From Macrostomum hystrix (Eukaryota; Animalia; Platyhelminthes): a stretch of DNA of 64,000 nt. The DNA is taken from the NCBI GenBank assembly GCA_950097015.1, contig CATNEN010000025.1:9424001-9488000 (forward strand), given 5' to 3'. How positions within the stretch are numbered: the stretch's first letter is position 1; every line of letters starts with the position of its first letter. Under the pieces are notes generated by a model. That model ran no database searches, was not told where the DNA came from, and saw only the letters and a list, made by a program, of their open reading frames with translations. This document shows, one piece after another, positions 57,284 to 64,000 of this stretch. The position numbers and the translations under genes are program-made.

Positions 57284-60200
57284 ATGACGGACAGCAAGCC
57301 AGTGTCGGGGACACGCACTAGATCTGGACGATTGTCACGTAAGGTTAAAGAGGATGTGCCACTCGACACTCCAAAAGGCATTGATGAAAGCAGCAGTGAA
57401 GACGAAGAAGTTGTCGTTCGAGTTGGCCGCGGCTCCAGCGCCGCTGCTGCCCTCTCCGCTGAAGAGGACTCTGACTATGAGCCAGATGCTCCAACGCGTC
57501 ACCAGAGTCGAGGCGCCTCGGCTAAGCGAACGCCAGGCAGGCGCGGCGGCAAGACTGCTGGACGGCCGTCAGTTGGACGACGCAGCACCGCCGCCAATGG
57601 CTCCGGTGCTAGGGCCGACCTATTTGAAGAGGACGACGACGATGAGGTTGGCGCTAGCGGCGTTAAACGCGACATCTATGACTTCGACGCTCAGAGCATC
57701 ATTTCGGAGGATCAGAGGCGAACACCGGCCTCCGGTCAAAAGCGTCGCGGACGACCGCCGTCGTCAGCTCGTCGTGGTGGCGATGCTGTTGATGACACCG
57801 TCCGCAACGGCGACCCCGTCCGCTTCGGCGGCAGCCAAGACCAGCTGGGGCTCTAATATTTACAGCAGCATCGCCTACGGCACTGAAGAGTCGCGCCGAT
57901 CTAGATGTCTATACTAGCTTCTTAAAGAGCTCCGTGCGCAACGATGAACTCGACGCTCTGTACACGGAAGTCTGCAAGCCTGGAAACAATCATGCGTCTA
58001 TGTTCTATGGCCCCAGCGCCGCTCTGCAGAGCATGATGTCGCGCATCAACAATCACGACAAGATTATTGAAATATTGCGCAATCTAATGTCGCGCGACCT
58101 CGACGGCTTAGTGAATCGCGCCATTTATCTAGTGCCCATCGTTCAGCAGCCTCTGCTTAGCACCGAGTATTTGCCGCAGATTGGGCGCCATTCTGGCGAT
58201 CAACAGCTTCGCGTAGACTGCGGCTACAGTCTAGAGTCGGAGGTTAACCTACTGTCCGCTAAATTTGATCTTGGCTACAAGTCTGGCGGCATTTCAACTG
58301 TTGTAGTTAGCGACGCATTCTTTCAGCGCCTATTTAGCGCCATTCAGAGCGGCGAACCGGACGAATGCCGCCTGCTTGTGGCCCTAACCGACGATAATCA
58401 ACTGGTGGCTATTGCTCTAGTGCGTCCAGACGAAGCCACTGCTGTGCCCTACAAGCTGAAGAAGCCAATCTTCGAGGCCTCGGTAGATGTTGATGAACAG
58501 CCGCAACCGCCCCCAGCTTCGCAGCCTCCACTGCCGTCGGCCAGCCAAGCTGAAGCTGGAGCTTCCGCCCGACGCTCCGCTGAATGGCTTCAACAAGCCG
58601 ACGCTGTTGATGCGTCATTCGGAGCCGCCGCGTCTGCCGACAGCGCATCGCCGTTGCGCCTACTCGACGCTGTAGTGCTAAAGCCCAACGGCAAGCGCGA
58701 CGTATTGCTGCTGTTCACCGGACGCAAACCGGATGGTCACATTTTCTGCATCATCGACGAGCATCGGTTTATGTATCAGAGATTCGGCTTTTCCAAAGAG
58801 GTGCCCATCAGCTTGGAGGGCATGGTAACGGCCTATCCGGAGGACCTACTATCTGAGAAGAGCACTCTAGTAGTGCCGGACGCTATGTTTAAATCCTTCA
58901 AGAAGCTTCTAGCTAAGAATGTAGCATCTGCTCCGGCTTCGGTGTCGTCTAAGTTTGTCCTGCTAGACACGTTTAAAAAGACTCCACTTGGTGTTGTCAT
59001 GACAGCCAATGCGACTCTGCGCGTGCCGGAAATTGACGCATCGGCTCCGCTTAGCCTAGTCAGTCTTAACGGCCTTTTGTACGCATTCCGCATCGACAAT
59101 CGGGTAGTGTCTAAAGCTGTTGGCATTCTGCCGCTGCGTCACTTCTTGCGCAGCTGGTCGCCTAGCATGACTCAGCCTACTATGGGCAGCTACTGGGAGG
59201 CCGAGGGTCGGCAGGTAAGACTTTCTTCGAGACTATTACAAATTGTAGTATTGGGTACAGCATATGAAATTTCTCTCCCCTATGGATACGCAGAGCATAG
59301 ATAGAGGTAATTTGCTAGATGTACATGCAACTAGTGGCACAGCTGCTATTCCTGCTTACGGACCACCAAAACTATATACCTCAGCTTCCTGGGAAAACCA
59401 TTTAAGAGCTTTGAGTAACTTATACTAATGGTAGTTAACTGTCTTGCTCGTTTAGAAGCAGATCACTCCGTAAACTCTGTGCTACTATCACCAATAATCT
59501 GATCTGAATCTGTACTTACTCATGATGATACGAGTATTACAGATCAAGAAACTCAAACTGCTGCACATGAGCACTTCAATATTTGACAAACTTATTATCC
59601 TCATTTCTTTATTATATTCAGGTAACCGTGGATTTGGAGGGCGATCCGTCCATCGGCGGCCAATCGACTCCAGCCGCGCTCTACGATCGTCACGCTACGC
59701 ATGAATGGCAGCGCGCTCTAGATCGCTTCGTGGATGACTTCCTTCAGCGCAGTCTGGCCTCCCCGGTTGAAGTCAGCCTCTACGATCAGGTGTTCCGCAT
59801 GGCCCAGGCTAGCACGCCTGAAGTTGTTGAAGTACCTTCGTCCTCGGCTAATCAGTCAGCAGCACCTGCCACCGCTGCCGGAGATTCAACGATAGCCGAT
59901 GGCCAGCCAGCCGCCACGGCCCAAATGGAACAATGGGGCGTCTGCAGCATCTGCGCCAAAGAATTGAAAGCACTCAGCTCGCTATTCGATCACGAGATGC
60001 GCCACCTTGGCTGCAACAAGTTCTCTTGCAGCGAGCACACTGATCACATATTCCACGATCGCAAATCCTATCGGGCCCACATGGAGGAAGCCCACGCTGG
60101 TCAGAAACTAGCCGACGAAGACTCCGACTTTGAAGAGGACGATATTGAACGCCTGCGCCAGACTATCGAGCCGCAGCAGTGCTCCAGTTGTAAGGATTAT

Positions 60201-63200
60201 TTCCCAAATCCGCAGGCATACGAGTTGCACACCGCCTCGTGCGATGGCGCCTCGTTTCAAACGCGAACTCCTCTAAATCGCGGACTGGTTGATCAGCGCA
60301 ACAATCCCTATGTTGTTGTGTGCGGCATGTGCGGCTATTCGTTGTCTTCGCGCGATCGTCTAAAGCGACACTTTATTAGCATGCACATGCAGTGCGCAGT
60401 CTGTCAGGCCACGGCCGACACCATGGAGGGCATGTCGCAGCATTATAAATCTCATACTGAGACTGGCATCAATACGGCTGGGCCGCGCAAGATAATTAGC
60501 TGCGAAATGTGCGGCGACTTTCATGTAAGTGCCAGATTAAGTAGATTTCCAAATCTAAAAGATCTTCAGTTGAATATGTAGCTATGTATAGTGTATATAG
60601 TTTACTTCGAACAGTTCCTAGGTCTAACATTAAAGTTCTCCATCTGTACGATTCCATAATCAAACTTCCAAGTCTAGCACTGAGTCCGCTAGTGTATATA
60701 CTCGTACATTTGCTTTTAATAAATTTGCGGCACTTTTGGCACGATTCCTTCAGCGATTCCACACTTTGTGTGGCAGAATCAGAATACTGCTTTATTAAGT
60801 AGAGGCTATATGCTTCTTCAAATTTCTCCGAGGAGAGAAGCTAAATTATTTATTTCTACAAGGCGAATAATTATTTTATATTTTCTTGAAGAAACTTCAA
60901 CCCGAATCGCTTTCCCGCTGTTTCAGGGCACCAAGCACAACTTCTACTTCCACCAATGGGCTGAGCATGGCCTAGCCCCCACAATCAAGACCGACGCGTC
61001 TGGCGAAGGCAAGAATCGAAAGCGGCGCAGCAAAGTACAAGTTTCCAAGGATCAGCTGTCATATCAGGCTACGGGTAATAAGAAATTCAATTGCAAATTC
61101 TGCAACACTGACATTCGTGTCACTGGCCAGGAATATGTTAAGCATCTGACTACTAAGCACGGACTAAATAATGTTGACATTAACAACATCTGCCGCTGCT
61201 GCGGTGAACTCTGCGAGAACACCGACCGCCTCTCCGAGCACCTGAAGGATGTCCACGTGTCTGGTGGCGAATATGTCAATGCCGGCATTCAGACAATCTT
61301 CCAGTGCGACGCCTGCCCATTCTGGGGCTTCCTGCGCGGTGTTATGGAGCACTCTAGGTGAGGCCGGAGTTTTTGTATTGTTACAAATCGTTAAAAATAC
61401 AAAAATAGTAGTTGAGATTCGACGTCTCTATGTTTTACATCGAAAATGTGTTAAGCACTGGCACATCATTTTGGTGACAGTAGACCCGCAGCCTGCGAGG
61501 TGGCAATTCTGCCCATTTCGCTGACTGCTGACACGCAGATACCGTACGCAGACACACGCTCACACATCATCGTCAGGCAGTGTACACTTCACTGTGCCAT
61601 TGAAGGTCGGCCCTCAATGGCGTAAATTGTACGACAAGCCCCCCAAGCCTTCTCTCCGCAACTGCGCCCCAAATGCATAACATAAGAAGTAAAAAAAAAT
61701 TTCTGTGAGGTGAAAACAAAGCATATTTTGATTAGTGTACGCATCACATAACAAATCCCAGGATCGTGCACAAGGACAACAACCCGTCTGTGTACCAGTG
61801 CCACCACTGTCAGGAGCGCTTCTCCGATCGCAAACTGTGGCGCACCCACCTGGACAAGCACAACATGGCCATGTGTCACCAGTGCGACTATTGCGACAAG
61901 ACCTTCCGTATGCGCACCTCCCTGCTGCAGCATGTGCGCAATCACCACAGCGAAGGCGACGACGAGCCAGTCAGCTGCGAATACTGCGGCCAGCAGTATC
62001 CAAAGCAGGCGGCCCTCAAGGCGCACATCTTTCGCATGCACTCGCTAGAAGGCCAGGAGATGAAATTTCAATGCGAAGTCTGCGAGCGTCGCTTCCGTCT
62101 GGAGCCGGAGCTGAGGCGCCACATTAAAGAGATGCACAGCGGCCAGATTGAGTGCGACATCTGCGGCAAAGAGTGCCCGAATCTGCGCTGCTATAGTCAG
62201 CATAGGCAGAAGCACTTCCGCACTAAGATCTTTCAGTGCACTGATTGTCAGGCCACCTTCAAGTCCAAGATGGCCATGAAGCGGCATATTCGCGTTGAGC
62301 ATCTCAACCTGGGACCTGAGCGCTATGAGTGCCAGATCTGCGGCAAGGTTGGTCTTTTCGCTTTCAGTGCGGACGATCCCCTACATCCCTGTATTGCCTA
62401 CTCATTTCTTCCTTATCTTTTCCGTCTCTCTACCTTCACTCCCTGTCTCTCTACCTTCCCTCCCTGTCTCTCTACCTTCCCTCCCTGTCTCTCTACCTTC
62501 CCTCCCTGTCTCTCTACCTTCCCTCCCTGTCTCTCTACCTTCCCCCCTGTCTCTCTACCTTCCCTTCCCGTGTCTCTCCCTTCCCTCCATGTATCTCTGC
62601 CTAACCTCCCTGTCTCTCTACCTTTCAGTTTCCTATCTCTCACCTTTCCACCTCCTCCATTGTCTCCCCCTTATACCATCTCGAACATACTGGTAATTTT
62701 GATCAACTTAAAAAAACTCCCCCAGGTGGTGACCCAGATCGCTATGCACATGCTGACGCATAAGGAGGCCAAGTACGAGTGCGACGTATGCGGCAAGCGC
62801 TTCACCAAGTCCACCTATTACAATGAGCACGTGCGCATTCACAAAGGCGAGAAGCCTTTTATGTGCCACCTGTGCGGTCGCCGATTCAACAAAAAGTCCA
62901 ATCTTAATGTGCACGTCCGCTTCCACGAGAAGCACCGCGACAAGGACGGCAACTACCTGGAGCTAAAGAATCAGAACCGTGGCACCTATCCCACCATCTT
63001 GGTCCAGTCGCCAGTCCGACGTACCCCGTTGCGACGCCGTGACCGACACGCACGACGACGCCGACGCCCGGGCCATCCTCGGTCTGGAGGCTGGCGCCGC
63101 CTGCGACACCGCCGATCTGGCCGCTTTCGTTGAAGATCCCGCCGGTGCTGCCGCCGCTGCCGGCCTGCGCGTCCTCGTCGCTCGCCGCTCCATTGACGAG

Positions 63201-63302
63201 CCCGTGTTCAAGAAACCCAAGATTGAGCCTAAGCACGCCTCGGCTGCCGCCGCCGCTGCCGCGTCCTCCTCCGCCTCCTCATCTAGCGCCGTTACTGACT
63301 AA
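57284..63302 (+). CDS. Multi-C2H2 zinc-finger protein (~18 fingers) with acidic N-terminus, AT-hook and a duplicated unknown domain; 5 exons, two apparent frameshifts
   Basis: Exons 57284-59214, 59622-60524, 60927-61357, 61762-62347, 62726-63302; phases 0,0,2,0 consistent. AT-hook KRRGRPP. Fingers such as [70 protein letters not shown]. Frame switches near 57847-50 and 63024-27. Confidence 0.8.
61525..61680 (-). mobile_element. SINE partial copy (same family), reverse orientation, in ZF-gene intron 3
   Basis: catcgtcaggcagtgtacacttcactg...ggccctcaatggcgtaaattgtacgacaagccccccaagccttctctccg is the reverse complement of the SINE body. Confidence 0.8.
62420..62600. repeat. Intronic minisatellite, 21-bp unit (ctccctgtctctctaccttcc)
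   Basis: tccctgtc at 62461 and 62482; lies in intron 62348-62725 and gives the false LSTFPPC insert in ORF 61766..63133. Confidence 0.93.
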
Positions 63303-64000
63303 TCTAGTTGAAAGTGGCTTTTAATATGAGGAACTAATTTTTTTATTCTTGTTTTCTTCGGAAAGCAATCTTAAAACTGACTTATAACTTTAAAATTTTC
63401 ATCTGACCTTATGGAAATCCCACTGGATTCTTAGAGTCCAAATGTCGAAAGTTTCTTAGAGACCATAAAATCCGAATGGTCCGAACTTGTTCTCACCATA
63501 TCTCAAGCACGTATTTAGCTCCCTATTTCTGTTGGTAAATCACACTTTAGTGTTGCATTATACTAGCAAATTATTGTTTATCATTCTATAGCTTCTGTGG
63601 TTCTTTTAGCTTCTCTAATCTAATTAGTTTATAGTCAAATCTCATTTCTTGTCTGAAATAAAAAAACGTCTTTTTGTGTCGTTATGTGTGTCTAAAATCA
63701 GTTGGTGAAGTCATTATGTGTCCTCACTTAGTCTCTGTTATCCATGTGTAGTTTTTAGTTTATTTTATTTACAACATGCAATTTAATATTAACTATCGAT
63801 TGGAATGCACAGAGTAGCAAAAAGTTGACTCGGCTACATTTTACTTGCAGTAATATATGACGGAAGGGCATATCCATATTGGACTGCTTCTTATATTGTG
63901 CACTTTAAAATAACCGGCTTGTTTTCGAATTCGCTAAATTTCTTATTTATAAGAATGATTAACGTTTTAAAGCATAAACCCGGTCCATTGTGTCTCGAAA

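Noticed and set aside
6451-63027. Programmed ribosomal frameshifting at the four frame breaks
   Set aside because: There are no slippery heptamers or evident stimulatory structures, directions are mixed, and the genes are unrelated. Homopolymer sequencing error is more parsimonious.

Overview
This is eukaryotic (animal) genomic DNA, not prokaryotic. It has GT-AG spliced genes with GC-rich exons and poly-Q/A/G/H tracts, AT-rich intergenic DNA, and a different minisatellite in most of the longer introns. That style suggests a free-living flatworm such as Macrostomum (inference only). Genes reconstructed by hand with phase-consistent splice sites: par-3 first exon (-), PAL amidating lyase (-), a 4-TM PPxY protein (-), glass zinc-finger factor (-), an unknown 2-exon gene (-), a 7-exon 1242-aa KY/hillarin-like pseudo-transglutaminase ending in a dynein-stalk microtubule-binding-like domain (+), a 7-exon NT5DC2/3 HAD nucleotidase (-), an unknown low-complexity ORF (+) and an AT-hook/~18-finger C2H2 protein (+). 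The 6.9-kb second intron of NT5DC holds a TIR-bounded Crypton-like tyrosine-recombinase element, an antisense fibrinogen-domain gene and a 41-bp satellite. Also present are a tRNA-derived SINE family (5 copies), a MITE with an 8-bp TSD and about 20 tandem arrays. Four apparent single-base frameshifts all have a G/C run in the crossover interval and are probably assembly errors. All domain assignments come from motif recognition by eye; no searches were run.
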